Shown here: positions 17,679 through 25,937 of the stretch, one piece after another
Numbering within the stretch: position 1 is the stretch's first letter
Layout: the number at the start of each line of letters is the position of its first letter
From: a virus
Lineage: Duplodnaviria > Caudoviricetes
Virus record (IMG/VR): IMGVR_UViG_3300037605_000006
Span: 1 to 26,039 of that record
Length of the DNA stretch: 26,039 bases
Reading direction: 5' to 3' (one strand)
The notes under the pieces: model-generated
What the model was told of the DNA's origin: nothing
What the model saw: only the letters and a program-made list of their open reading frames with translations
The model's database searches: none
Made by a program: the position numbers and the translations under genes

Positions 17679-17867
17679 ATGCCGGAAATCACCTTGGAAC
17701 TGACGGACCAACAGGCCGAACTGCTGGACACCATTCGCAAGCAGCAAGGCCTTGAAACCATTGATCAGGCCGCCGAGTGGCTGATCAAACAACGCATGCG
17801 AGGAGCCAGCCTGAAGTTGACCGGGCGAAACCGGGCACTTCACGCCGTAGGAGGCCCCAGAAAGTGA
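17679..17867 (+). CDS. Small RHH-like protein
   Basis: GAGG RBS; EITLELTDQQAELLDTIRKQQGLETIDQAAEWLI. Confidence 0.65.
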   Translation: MPEITLELTDQQAELLDTIRKQQGLETIDQAAEWLIKQRMRGASLKLTGRNRALHAVGGPRK

Positions 17868-18394
17868 AGCTCAACCAGATAACCCGCAATTACCTGACCA
17901 TCGGCTGCCCGGCTTGCGGCGAATCCTGTTCGATCCAGTCCAGCAGGGCGATCCAGCAGAAAGGCAAAGATGCCTTCGTTCAGTGCCGGAACATTGAATG
18001 CGGATACCGCGGCTCCGTGGAGGTCTCCTATGGGCCGGTGCTGCAGGCCAAGAACCCGGGCACCCCAGATGCTGAAAACCAGCAGCGGCTCCAGTCCGGA
18101 GTTCGGAACAACTTCCTCCGGATCCTCTGCCCCCACTGCGCAGGCGTCTGCAGGGTTCGCACCAGCGTGCAGATGATCTCGGCACAGCGGCAGCTTTACG
18201 TGTTCTGCCAGGACGCGGACCACTGCGGATACAAAGGCGTGGTTTTCCTCACCCACACCGATCGTCTGTCTCTGGACCCAGACGGCAATGTCCGCCAGAT
18301 CCCTCTTGCTCCGGAAGTCCGCGAGCAATGCCAGCAGGAAATGGAGCTGGCCTACGAGAAGTACTCACCTAAAAAGAAGGACGCAACGCGATGA
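17864..18394 (+). CDS. ogr: Ogr/Delta-family late activator with two zinc-finger units
   Basis: Start re-called to GTG 17864 (GTGA overlap); CPACG...QCRNIECG and CPHCA...RTS...FCQDADHCG. Confidence 0.78.
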   Translation: MKLNQITRNYLTIGCPACGESCSIQSSRAIQQKGKDAFVQCRNIECGYRGSVEVSYGPVLQAKNPGTPDAENQQRLQSGVRNNFLRILCPHCAGVCRVRTSVQMISAQRQLYVFCQDADHCGYKGVVFLTHTDRLSLDPDGNVRQIPLAPEVREQCQQEMELAYEKYSPKKKDATR

Positions 18395-18723
18395 ACGCAG
18401 TAGCCCAAAGCATGACTGACGCCGCTTTTTCCCAGCTTCTGGCCCTTCGCAAAGGCAGTACAGATGCCCGGGAATGCATCGAAATGACCGTCGATAGCCT
18501 GATGGAGGAATACCAGTGCTCCCGACGCCGGGCGTCCCTGCTGGTTATTCGTGCCTGGCACGATCTGGAAGGCACCAAGCAGCCGAAAGCCTATGTCGAC
18601 GTGAGTCTCACTACCGGCAACACGGTGGTGGTTCACGACCAGTCTGGCCGCACCAGCATCTTCTCGGTTCAGGAGCTGCTGAAGCTCAGGGACCAGGCCA
18701 CCGCTATCCAACTTCCCGCCTGA
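18391..18723 (+). CDS. Hypothetical phage protein
   Basis: 110-aa ORF with ATGA overlap and AAGGA RBS, within the early operon. Confidence 0.75.
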   Translation: MNAVAQSMTDAAFSQLLALRKGSTDARECIEMTVDSLMEEYQCSRRRASLLVIRAWHDLEGTKQPKAYVDVSLTTGNTVVVHDQSGRTSIFSVQELLKLRDQATAIQLPA

Positions 18724-18738
18724 TCCGGAGCGCTCCGA

Positions 18739-21447
18739 ATGCAAGACCAACTACGGGCCGACATCCTGCGCCGGCTCCAGAGCGACTTTGACGGAGTAGA
18801 ACGGGGCTCATTCCTCCGACGCCTGCGCTGCCCTTCCTGCGGCAAGCGAGAGGCGTTCGTGGGGACCGAGACCCCCTGGATGGTGAAGTGCGGCCGCGAA
18901 AGTAAATGCGGAGAGCAGCACCACGTCAAAGAGCTGTTCCCGGACCTGTTCGACAGCTGGACGGAGCGCTACGGCCGGAAGGATCGCAAAGCCGGCGAAA
19001 AGGAAACCGGTACCGAAGTGGCCGACGCCTACATGGTGCATGGCCGTGGCTTTGATCTGACCAAAGTCCGGGGCTGGTACACCCAGGAGCAATACTGGGA
19101 CCGAGACCGGAATATCGGTTCCGCCACTGTTCGCTTCAAGATCAACGATCGGGGCGACTACTGGGAGCGGCTGATCGACAAACCGCACCGGTTCGGCAAG
19201 AAGAAGGCCCACTTCAACTACGGCAGCAAAACCAAGGGCCTGGCCTGGGTACCACCCGGGCTGGATCTGGCCCAGGGCAAAGAGCTCTGGATCGTGGAAG
19301 GCATCTTCGACGCCACCGCTTTGTACCACGCCGGCATCGCGGCCGTGGCCGCCTTCAGCTGCAACAACTACCCGGACACCTTCCTGGCCGAACTGCAGAA
19401 GGCCCGGGAGGAAGCCGGCGAGGAACTGCCCCGCCTGATCTGGGCCATGGACGGCGACGAAGCCGGCGTTCGCTACATCCGCAAGTTCGCCAACATCGCC
19501 CGGTCCCAGGGCTGGAAGGTAGGCGCAGCTGTCATCCCCCAGGAAGGCAAGCACAAACGCGACTGGAACGATGCCTGGCAGCGCGGCGAGCTGATCAACG
19601 AAGACGGCGAGCCCACCACCAAGGAGTTCCTGTACCAGGGTGACCTGGTGATCGCCCGCAGCGCCCAGGAAAAGGCCAACCGCATATACAGCCACACCGG
19701 GCGCAACGAGTTTCCCTTTGGATTCAACAACCGGCTGTTCTGGTTCAAGTTGAACATGGAGGAATTCCACAAGGCCATGCGGGACCTGGAGGACAGCGAC
19801 GAGCCTCTGACCGACCGCCAGATGGTCGACCGGGCCCTCGAGCAATGCAACGCCGTGGTGGAAATCGCCAACTGCTACCCCACCGCCCTGTACTACCTGG
19901 CCAACAAGGTCACCGACGAGTCCTGGTACTACTACCGGGTGGACTTCCCCCACGACGGCCGGCCCGTGAAGAACACCTTCAGCGGTGGCCAGCTGGCCAG
20001 CGCCAGCGAATTCAAGAAGCGCCTGCTGGGCATAGCCCCCGGCGCGGTATGGACCGGCTCCAGCCAGCAGCTGGATCGCCTTCTGAAACAGCAGATCAGC
20101 GGCATCAAAACCGTTGAGACCATCGATTTCATTGGCTACAGCAAAGAGCACGAAACCTGGGTATTCCCGGAACTGGCTGTTCACGCGGGCCAGATCCACG
20201 AGCTGAACAATGAGGATTACTACGACATCGGCCGCATGAGCGTGAAGACGCTCTCCGAGTCGGTTTCGCTCTCCATCAACAAAGATCGCGGCGACTACCA
20301 GCGCGGATGGGCCCGGGATCTGGCCGAGTGCTTCGGTCCGAAAGGTGTGATCGCCCTGGCCTACTGGCTGGGCAGCCTGTTCGCCGAGCAGATCCGTAAG
20401 GAGCACAAGAGCTTCCCGTTCATTGAAATCGTTGGTGAGGCGGGCTCCGGTAAGTCCACGCTGATCGAGTTCCTTTGGAAGCTGGTAGGCCGTCAGGATT
20501 ACGAAGGTTTCGACCCCAGCAAGGCCACCCTTGCCGCCCGTGCCCGGAACTTTGCCCAGGTATCCAACCTGCCGGTGGTGCTGATCGAGTCCGACCGGGA
20601 CCAGGAAGCCGGCGCCAAGCAGAAGCAGTTCGACTGGGACGAACTGAAAACCGCCTACAACGGCCGCAGCGTGCGCAGCCGTGGCCAGAAGAACGGCGGC
20701 AACGATACCTACGAGCCCCCTTTCCGTGGTGCCATCGTGATCAGCCAGAACGCCCAGGTGAACGCTAGCGATGCCGTTCTGCAGCGAATCGTTCACGTGA
20801 GCGTTACCCGCGAAAACCACAACGAGACCACCAAAGCACTCGCCGAGAAGTTGGAGCGGTGGCCCATGAACCAGGTCTCTGGCTTCGCCCTGCATGCCAC
20901 CACATCGGAATCACAGATCATGCGCCTGGTGTGCGAGCGGGCGCCCCAGTACGAAAAGGCCCTGGCTGAACTACCTGAGATCCGCATTCACCGGATTGCC
21001 AAGAACCACGGCCAGATGACCGCCCTGATCGATTGCCTGGGCCCAGAAGGGCTGAATCTTCTGCCCGAATCATACCTGGAACCAGCACGGGAAATGATCA
21101 TCGACATGGCCAAGGAGCGCCAAACCTCCGTTAACGCCGATCACCCGATGGTGCAGGAATTCTGGGAAGCCTACGACTTCATCGAGGGCCTGAACGGCAC
21201 CCCAACCCTCAACCACTACGGCGAACACGAAAAGATGATCGCCGTGAACCTGAAGCATTTCGAGCAGGTGTGCGCCGAAGCGAAGCTGCGCATCCCCCCG
21301 ATATCGGAACTGAAACGCCACCTGAAGACCAGCCGCAGCCGGAAGTTCGTCGAGAGCAGCCGCACCGTGCGCTCGGTCATTCGCGAGAGCCTGAATTCAT
21401 TTGCCAGCACGTCGGTTCGGTGCTGGATCTTCGAGAAAGAAGTGTAA
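18739..21447 (+). CDS. Replication protein: zinc finger, Toprim primase and P-loop helicase
   Basis: CPSCGK...KCGRESKC; Toprim WIVEGIFDA, WAMDGDEAG, DWND; Walker A GEAGSGKST; LIESD as Walker B-like. Confidence 0.9.
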   Translation: MQDQLRADILRRLQSDFDGVERGSFLRRLRCPSCGKREAFVGTETPWMVKCGRESKCGEQHHVKELFPDLFDSWTERYGRKDRKAGEKETGTEVADAYMVHGRGFDLTKVRGWYTQEQYWDRDRNIGSATVRFKINDRGDYWERLIDKPHRFGKKKAHFNYGSKTKGLAWVPPGLDLAQGKELWIVEGIFDATALYHAGIAAVAAFSCNNYPDTFLAELQKAREEAGEELPRLIWAMDGDEAGVRYIRKFANIARSQGWKVGAAVIPQEGKHKRDWNDAWQRGELINEDGEPTTKEFLYQGDLVIARSAQEKANRIYSHTGRNEFPFGFNNRLFWFKLNMEEFHKAMRDLEDSDEPLTDRQMVDRALEQCNAVVEIANCYPTALYYLANKVTDESWYYYRVDFPHDGRPVKNTFSGGQLASASEFKKRLLGIAPGAVWTGSSQQLDRLLKQQISGIKTVETIDFIGYSKEHETWVFPELAVHAGQIHELNNEDYYDIGRMSVKTLSESVSLSINKDRGDYQRGWARDLAECFGPKGVIALAYWLGSLFAEQIRKEHKSFPFIEIVGEAGSGKSTLIEFLWKLVGRQDYEGFDPSKATLAARARNFAQVSNLPVVLIESDRDQEAGAKQKQFDWDELKTAYNGRSVRSRGQKNGGNDTYEPPFRGAIVISQNAQVNASDAVLQRIVHVSVTRENHNETTKALAEKLERWPMNQVSGFALHATTSESQIMRLVCERAPQYEKALAELPEIRIHRIAKNHGQMTALIDCLGPEGLNLLPESYLEPAREMIIDMAKERQTSVNADHPMVQEFWEAYDFIEGLNGTPTLNHYGEHEKMIAVNLKHFEQVCAEAKLRIPPISELKRHLKTSRSRKFVESSRTVRSVIRESLNSFASTSVRCWIFEKEV

Positions 21448-21457
21448 GGAGGACGCC

Positions 21458-21751
21458 GTGGAATACACCTTCGACCAAGCCGCCGCCCTGCTGAACATGG
21501 GCCGCAACACCCTGATTCGCCGCCTGCGCGAGGAAGGAATGCTGGGTACAGACAACCTGCCAACGAGCCGCTGGCGTGGCCGAGGTGTGTTCCGCGTGAT
21601 CACCAAGATGTACCGCCACCCGGTGGCCGGCTACATCCACTACGGCCGCACCGTCATCACTGTGAAAGGCCTGAATGCCGTAAGTCGGAAGCTCCGCCTC
21701 GCCCAACATCAGCCAGAAGGCTCCAGGAACAGGGCGAGCTGGGTGAACTGA
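21458..21751 (+). CDS. Phage antirepressor KilAC-domain protein
   Basis: GTG 21458 after AGGAGG; AAALLNMGRNTLIRRLREEGML...NLP...G.FRV...TVITVKGL. Confidence 0.75.
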   Translation: MEYTFDQAAALLNMGRNTLIRRLREEGMLGTDNLPTSRWRGRGVFRVITKMYRHPVAGYIHYGRTVITVKGLNAVSRKLRLAQHQPEGSRNRASWVN

Positions 21752-21825
21752 CCCTTCAGGGGTTGCATTTTGAAAACACGTGATAGGACTGGGGTTACCC
21801 ATTCTTCAAAAGACAGGAGAGCAGT

Positions 21826-22053
21826 ATGGAACACGCAATCACAACACAGACTACCCCGGAAGCCCGCCTGCATGACGTTGGCGAGCTCACAGTGATCAAC
21901 GAAGACCACGGCCGCTGCCACCACCGCGTGGCCATGGTCCTGATCTTCGATTCCCCCGAGGAAGCCGCCGCATGCATGGAAGCCGGCCTGGTGCGATTGG
22001 TACCGGCCAACGATCTGAACCCTGAAGCCACGGAGCACCTGAACCATGGATAA
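21826..22053 (+). CDS. Hypothetical protein
   Basis: AGGAG RBS; overlaps the next gene. Confidence 0.65.
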   Translation: MEHAITTQTTPEARLHDVGELTVINEDHGRCHHRVAMVLIFDSPEEAAACMEAGLVRLVPANDLNPEATEHLNHG

Positions 22054-22261
22054 AGCCGATATCGCTGGCGACTACATAGAACAGTCGATCGAGCTGGCCC
22101 TGGAGAACCAGCGCAACCGGACAACCGCCACCAGCGACGACCCTCACTGCGAGGAATGCGGTGTAGAGATCCCGGCCAAACGGCGCGAAGCACTGCCCGG
22201 CTGCCCCACCTGCGTGGACTGCCAGCAGCTGCTGGAAGCGAAGACCAGGAACTACCGATAA
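22046..22261 (+). CDS. TraR/DksA C4-type zinc-finger protein
   Basis: D.AD.A N-terminus, CEECG.EIPAKRREALPGC.TCVDCQ. Confidence 0.92.
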   Translation: MDKADIAGDYIEQSIELALENQRNRTTATSDDPHCEECGVEIPAKRREALPGCPTCVDCQQLLEAKTRNYR

Positions 22262-22290
22262 AGACAGGCCGGAAAGGCCGAGGAGAAATA

Positions 22291-22665
22291 ATGAAAATGC
22301 TGACGCTAACCGAAGAAGAAATGATCGAAAACCTGCACTTGGCCACAGAGGAAGTGCTGCTGCAGTGCATGGTGCTGAACCGCCGCGGCATTGTTCAGGC
22401 TCACCTGAATATTCACGGCCACACGCAAAGCACCGATATCAGGATTATGCCGGCCAATACCGAATGGAGGGACGAAATTGAGCTGCCGGACAAGCTGGCC
22501 GAGATCGATATCAGGCTGACGTTTTACGACGGGCTCAATAAGAACGAGATGAACGACGAATACCTGGCCCGCATGGCCAGTCTAGAACAGTTCATTCGCT
22601 ACCTGGATCACCTGATAGCACTGAACAAGCCCATCGAAGTCGAGCTGAAGGAGACTGCGGCATGA
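22291..22665 (+). CDS. Hypothetical protein
   Basis: Start re-called to ATG 22291 after GAGGAG; ATGA overlap with the next gene. Confidence 0.7.
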   Translation: MKMLTLTEEEMIENLHLATEEVLLQCMVLNRRGIVQAHLNIHGHTQSTDIRIMPANTEWRDEIELPDKLAEIDIRLTFYDGLNKNEMNDEYLARMASLEQFIRYLDHLIALNKPIEVELKETAA

Positions 22666-22952
22666 GCAAGTGCAAATGTTTTTCAGAGATGCTTGAGAAG
22701 GTTAAACCACAAATCGAGAAGGCTATTCCCGAGGGCTCAGCCGATATCGATGTCTCTTGGCAGAACCTGGCTTTTTTCCCATCTGGAGAAGATTTTGCTC
22801 CTGTTAACCCGAGAGTAGAGGTTGAGTACCGCAAGCCGAAACAGGGCGGTGGTCACGCAAAGAACTTCACCAAGGACTCGGTCTCCATCCTGTGTAACTT
22901 TTGCCCATTCTGCGGGCGGAAATTTGAGAAGAGCAACGGGGGTGAATCATGA
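22662..22952 (+). CDS. Hypothetical Cys-motif protein
   Basis: CKC at the N-terminus and CNFCPFCG at the C-terminus; ATGA overlaps on both sides. Confidence 0.72.
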   Translation: MSKCKCFSEMLEKVKPQIEKAIPEGSADIDVSWQNLAFFPSGEDFAPVNPRVEVEYRKPKQGGGHAKNFTKDSVSILCNFCPFCGRKFEKSNGGES

Positions 22953-23422
22953 ACCGCTCCCATTTCATTCTGATCAAACACCCTTCGGAGACTACCTCCG
23001 GACGGATCCTTTCAGCCACGGATGCTTCCAGCGCCCTCCTCGACTGGGGTTTCTGGCCGTTGTTCCAGAAAACGCGCTGTCGCCTAATGGTGCAGCCGGG
23101 CAACTCGGTACTCATCTACACCGCCGGCCAGTGCTCCGACGCTCGCCAGGTAATCGCGAGCGCCCAGGTGGCAGACGTTGTGCAATGGAACCGGCGGTTG
23201 TCAGGCAGTTGCCCGATCTTCCTGGAAGGGATCCCTGTCAGTGCCCTGCAGCTTACCAACATTCAGAGGTTTACCCAGCCGGTGGTTTTCACCGATCACT
23301 TGGACAACCTCAGCTTCATTCCTGCCAACCGCCAGAAATGGGGCGTGGCCATGATGGGTGGAATGCGCTCCATCAGCGAGCCGGACTACCAAACGCTAAC
23401 GGCGAAGGCAGGTGCAGCATGA
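22949..23422 (+). CDS. EVE/PUA-like domain protein
   Basis: W..F...R...VQPGNSVLIY, VIASAQV, LSFI..NRQKWG..M.GG...ISEPDY pattern. Confidence 0.62.
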   Translation: MNRSHFILIKHPSETTSGRILSATDASSALLDWGFWPLFQKTRCRLMVQPGNSVLIYTAGQCSDARQVIASAQVADVVQWNRRLSGSCPIFLEGIPVSALQLTNIQRFTQPVVFTDHLDNLSFIPANRQKWGVAMMGGMRSISEPDYQTLTAKAGAA

Positions 23423-23691
23423 GCAGCGATAACGTCAAAGACCAAGAACAGAAAGCCCTGGACGAAGCGACCATGCTGGCAACCCGTCTGCTCGGCACCT
23501 CCGTTGACGACGCCAGCACCACGCTCATCAACCAGGCAGAGAGCCGCCCGGGTTGCCTTCTGGTGGATGTCGCCATGGTACTGACCATCATGAACAAGGA
23601 GAGCATCGAGAAGAAAAGTCATCGGCAGGCCATGGCCCGGGCGGCGCGTGCGGCCATCAAAAACTTGGTGGAGGTCCCAAGCGATGGGTAA
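23419..23691 (+). CDS. Hypothetical protein
   Basis: Start re-called to ATG 23419 (ATGA overlap); 90 aa, helical. Confidence 0.65.
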   Translation: MSSDNVKDQEQKALDEATMLATRLLGTSVDDASTTLINQAESRPGCLLVDVAMVLTIMNKESIEKKSHRQAMARAARAAIKNLVEVPSDG

Positions 23692-24289
23692 GAAACGAAA
23701 CCGCAGAAAGAACCACAGCGCGATCGCCAGAGACCAGCGCCTGTTCGCCAACTCCCGGGTGTGGACCTGGGAGGGCCTGACCAGCCCGGTGGATGACAAG
23801 CAATACACCACGGCTGAGCGCTGGTCCCCTTTCGGCTGGATAACCATGGGCGAAGACCTCGCCCACCACCTGGTGAATCGCCCCCGTAACTGGTTTGTCG
23901 GAGTGCGCGCACTGTGCCGCACGCCCGACGGCAAGAGCTGGATGGAAAGCCGGCTATTCGATCTGCCCAGCTACAACATCCAGCAGGTAGAGAACCTGTA
24001 CCACGAGCTCCGGGCCGACGCACTCAACGCCCAGCGCACCGACCAAGTGTATGACCTGGGCTGGATCTGCCAGACCTGGCACGGGAAGAAACCCGAGGAT
24101 CCGCTGGAGCTCTGGCACTACCAATACGCGCCGGCGGAAATCATCCGGCAGGTCACCGACAACGAGAAAATCATCAACCGCATGGCCGGCCCGGGCTTCA
24201 GCCAGGAGCGATACGACCGCTGGCAGCAGGTTAACCGGGAATACCTGGAAGACAGAAAGCGGGTTTTGGAACAGGAGAACGCAGAGTGA
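23684..24289 (+). CDS. Hypothetical phage protein
   Basis: Start re-called to ATG 23684 after GGAGG; basic N-terminus, Trp-rich. Confidence 0.72.
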   Translation: MGKKRNRRKNHSAIARDQRLFANSRVWTWEGLTSPVDDKQYTTAERWSPFGWITMGEDLAHHLVNRPRNWFVGVRALCRTPDGKSWMESRLFDLPSYNIQQVENLYHELRADALNAQRTDQVYDLGWICQTWHGKKPEDPLELWHYQYAPAEIIRQVTDNEKIINRMAGPGFSQERYDRWQQVNREYLEDRKRVLEQENAE

Positions 24290-24711
24290 AAGAAGCAATG
24301 ATCGACATGATGTTCGAAAACAACGTCCGGGCTGAAGCCATCATCCATATCCCCACCATGCTGGCTCAGGACGCCTGGCCGGACATTGCCCGGGAAGCCC
24401 TCATGGAAGACGAGCCAGACCGGATCTGGGAAGAGATCGGCATCGAGCCGCCCTACGACCTCGACGACGAAGGCCTGATCTTCGAGCACCTCACCGACAA
24501 CCGGAAGTTCGGCTACCTGGTGAAGTTCGCCACGCCGGTACCACAAGATATCACGGCTGATTCCCACCGCCTGTCCTGGGGCTACTACAGCATGAAGTGG
24601 ATCTATGCCGAGAGCTACGAGCAGGCCTGCGAAAAGGCGCTGGACTGGCGCCAGGAGTTCATCGATCGGAGACGGGAGAAAGCCCTGGCAGAAGGCGGTG
24701 ACAGTGATTGA
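24286..24711 (+). CDS. Hypothetical acidic protein
   Basis: GTGA overlap and AGGAG RBS. Confidence 0.72.
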   Translation: MKEAMIDMMFENNVRAEAIIHIPTMLAQDAWPDIAREALMEDEPDRIWEEIGIEPPYDLDDEGLIFEHLTDNRKFGYLVKFATPVPQDITADSHRLSWGYYSMKWIYAESYEQACEKALDWRQEFIDRRREKALAEGGDSD

Positions 24712-24865
24712 TATTAGCAAAGCGATTGACCCCGAGGATCTTCCACTTTGCCCTCTGTGTGACCAACCGATCATGAGAGGTGAACTGGTCGATATCGGAA
24801 CGGCAGCTGGCGCCATTGCTTTGGTACATGAGGATTGCGCCAATCAGCTGAAGGACGGCGATTGA
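24704..24865 (+). CDS. Small hypothetical protein with CPLC...HEDC motif
   Basis: Probable GTG start at 24704; fills the gap exactly and has a TGATG overlap with the next gene. Confidence 0.55.
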   Translation: MIDISKAIDPEDLPLCPLCDQPIMRGELVDIGTAAGAIALVHEDCANQLKDGD

Positions 24866-25230
24866 TGAACAGGAAATATTTGGAGCGAGCCCGGAGTTTA
24901 GGCGCTTTGGCTCCCGAGCCAAGAGAGCCTCCAGTGTTGCTATCGAAAACCGAGACGCTCAGACGAGCACTCAATGATGGCAAACCCCGATCATCTGCTG
25001 AACTGGAAGCGCTGACCGGAATTCCTCAGAAACGCGTGATTGCGCTTTTGAGCTGGGATATCGATAACGGACGAATCGAGCGCATAAAGGATGAAGGCCA
25101 TCCCATGCGGCTACGCAAAGTCAACGAACGATCGGCCCAGATAGAGCGCTCCATCCGGTTCCTCGAATCACTTGGCTACAAGATCACACAACCGAATTCC
25201 AAAAATTTGGAGGGTCATGATGTCCGATAA
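24865..25230 (+). CDS. Hypothetical winged-helix-like DNA-binding protein
   Basis: Start ATG 24865; LRRALNDGKPRSSAELEALTGIPQKRVIALL...GRIER. Confidence 0.6.
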   Translation: MNRKYLERARSLGALAPEPREPPVLLSKTETLRRALNDGKPRSSAELEALTGIPQKRVIALLSWDIDNGRIERIKDEGHPMRLRKVNERSAQIERSIRFLESLGYKITQPNSKNLEGHDVR

Positions 25231-25537
25231 AGAACTTAAAGGCGGACACCTGGCGAGATCCGCAGCCATGCTCTGCCAGGATCCGGAATTCCGCCGCTAC
25301 CTGGACCGAGCCCAGAGCCACAAAGGCGGCGTTCACATTCCGGATGGTACCCACTCGGAGGAAGACGCCCGGGACCTGATCCTGACGGCCTGCAAGATCA
25401 GCAGCCGGGCCGAGCTGGACCACAACGTTCAGGCCGCCACCCGGTTCCGGCAGATCAAAGCACACTATCAGCGCTGGCTCGGACGGCAGAAACGGCGCGA
25501 AGGAAACCAGCAACACGAAAGCAAGACAGGAGCCTGA
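25217..25537 (+). CDS. Hypothetical phage protein
   Basis: GGAGG RBS; AAMLCQDPEFRRYL...ACKISSRAELDHN. Confidence 0.7.
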   Translation: MMSDKELKGGHLARSAAMLCQDPEFRRYLDRAQSHKGGVHIPDGTHSEEDARDLILTACKISSRAELDHNVQAATRFRQIKAHYQRWLGRQKRREGNQQHESKTGA

Positions 25538-25539
25538 TC

Positions 25540-25809
25540 ATGATGCAAACAGAGACCAGCAAGCGGGAGGCGCCACCGGTCAAGCGGTTCGATCCAAAGT
25601 ACGTTCAGGTCTCACGGAAGGAGGCGGCCGCGATAATCGGCAGAAGCCCCACCGAATTCGACCGTTTGAGGAAGCGTGACGACCGCTGTCCGAAGGGGCA
25701 CAAGGCTGGAAACGGCCGCATGGCGCGGGTTATGTTCCGGCTTTCGGATGTTTATCGGTACAGTGAACAGCTGATTGAAGACGCCGAGCAAGCGGATGAC
25801 AGGAGCTAG
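25540..25809 (+). CDS. AlpA/excisionase-like HTH protein
   Basis: VSRKEAAAIIGRS....DRLRK.D..CPK...G...V.FRLSDV pattern; last phage gene before the att-like region. Confidence 0.72.
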   Translation: MMQTETSKREAPPVKRFDPKYVQVSRKEAAAIIGRSPTEFDRLRKRDDRCPKGHKAGNGRMARVMFRLSDVYRYSEQLIEDAEQADDRS

Positions 25810-25814
25810 CTTCG

Positions 25815-25835
25815 TGTATACCTATTTGTATACCT
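25815..25835 (+). repeat. Direct repeat TGTATACCT x2, probable integrase arm-type binding sites
   Basis: Exact 9-mers at 25815-25823 and 25827-25835 (12-bp period), between the xis-like gene and the prophage end. Confidence 0.65.
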
Positions 25836-25877
25836 GAGCCAAAAACCCATATAAGCACCTGTTTTTATTGGCTCCGA

Positions 25878-25937
25878 AAACTCCCTCATCAGGAGCTAAA
25901 AGCTCTTTTAATGCCCCGCCTCTGGCGGGGCTTTTTT
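25878..25937 (+). ncRNA. 3' part of a possible PrrF-like sRNA; candidate attR region
   Basis: CTCCCTCATCAGGAGCTAA, then TTTTT, then a GC hairpin and U-tract; resembles, from memory, the PrrF core CTCCTCATCAGGCTAA and its terminator. Not searched. Confidence 0.35.
25913..25937 (+). terminator. Intrinsic terminator
   Basis: GCCCCGCC-TCT-GGCGGGGC followed by TTTTTT. Confidence 0.88.

Larger units (their letters stand above)
1..25900. mobile_element. P2-like (Peduoviridae) prophage, right-hand portion; continues left of the window
   Basis: Collinear P2 gene order L-X-lysis-R-S-V-W-J-I-H ... FI-FII-E-T-U-D, then repressor, early genes and an xis-like gene, with a host-type gene beyond 25936. The right boundary is approximate. 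Confidence 0.95.

Noticed and set aside
18808-20895. 695-aa antisense ORF within the primase-helicase gene
   Set aside because: It mirrors the sense frame of a gene rich in C/G-ending codons, has no recognisable motifs and no clear RBS; a typical shadow ORF.
21752-21825. Possible promoter or replication origin between KilAC and the next ORF
   Set aside because: A TTGCAT hexamer is present but there is no convincing -10 box at proper spacing and no iterons.
25815-25835. Direct repeat considered as a CRISPR remnant
   Set aside because: Only two 9-bp copies 3 bp apart; arm-type recombination sites fit better.
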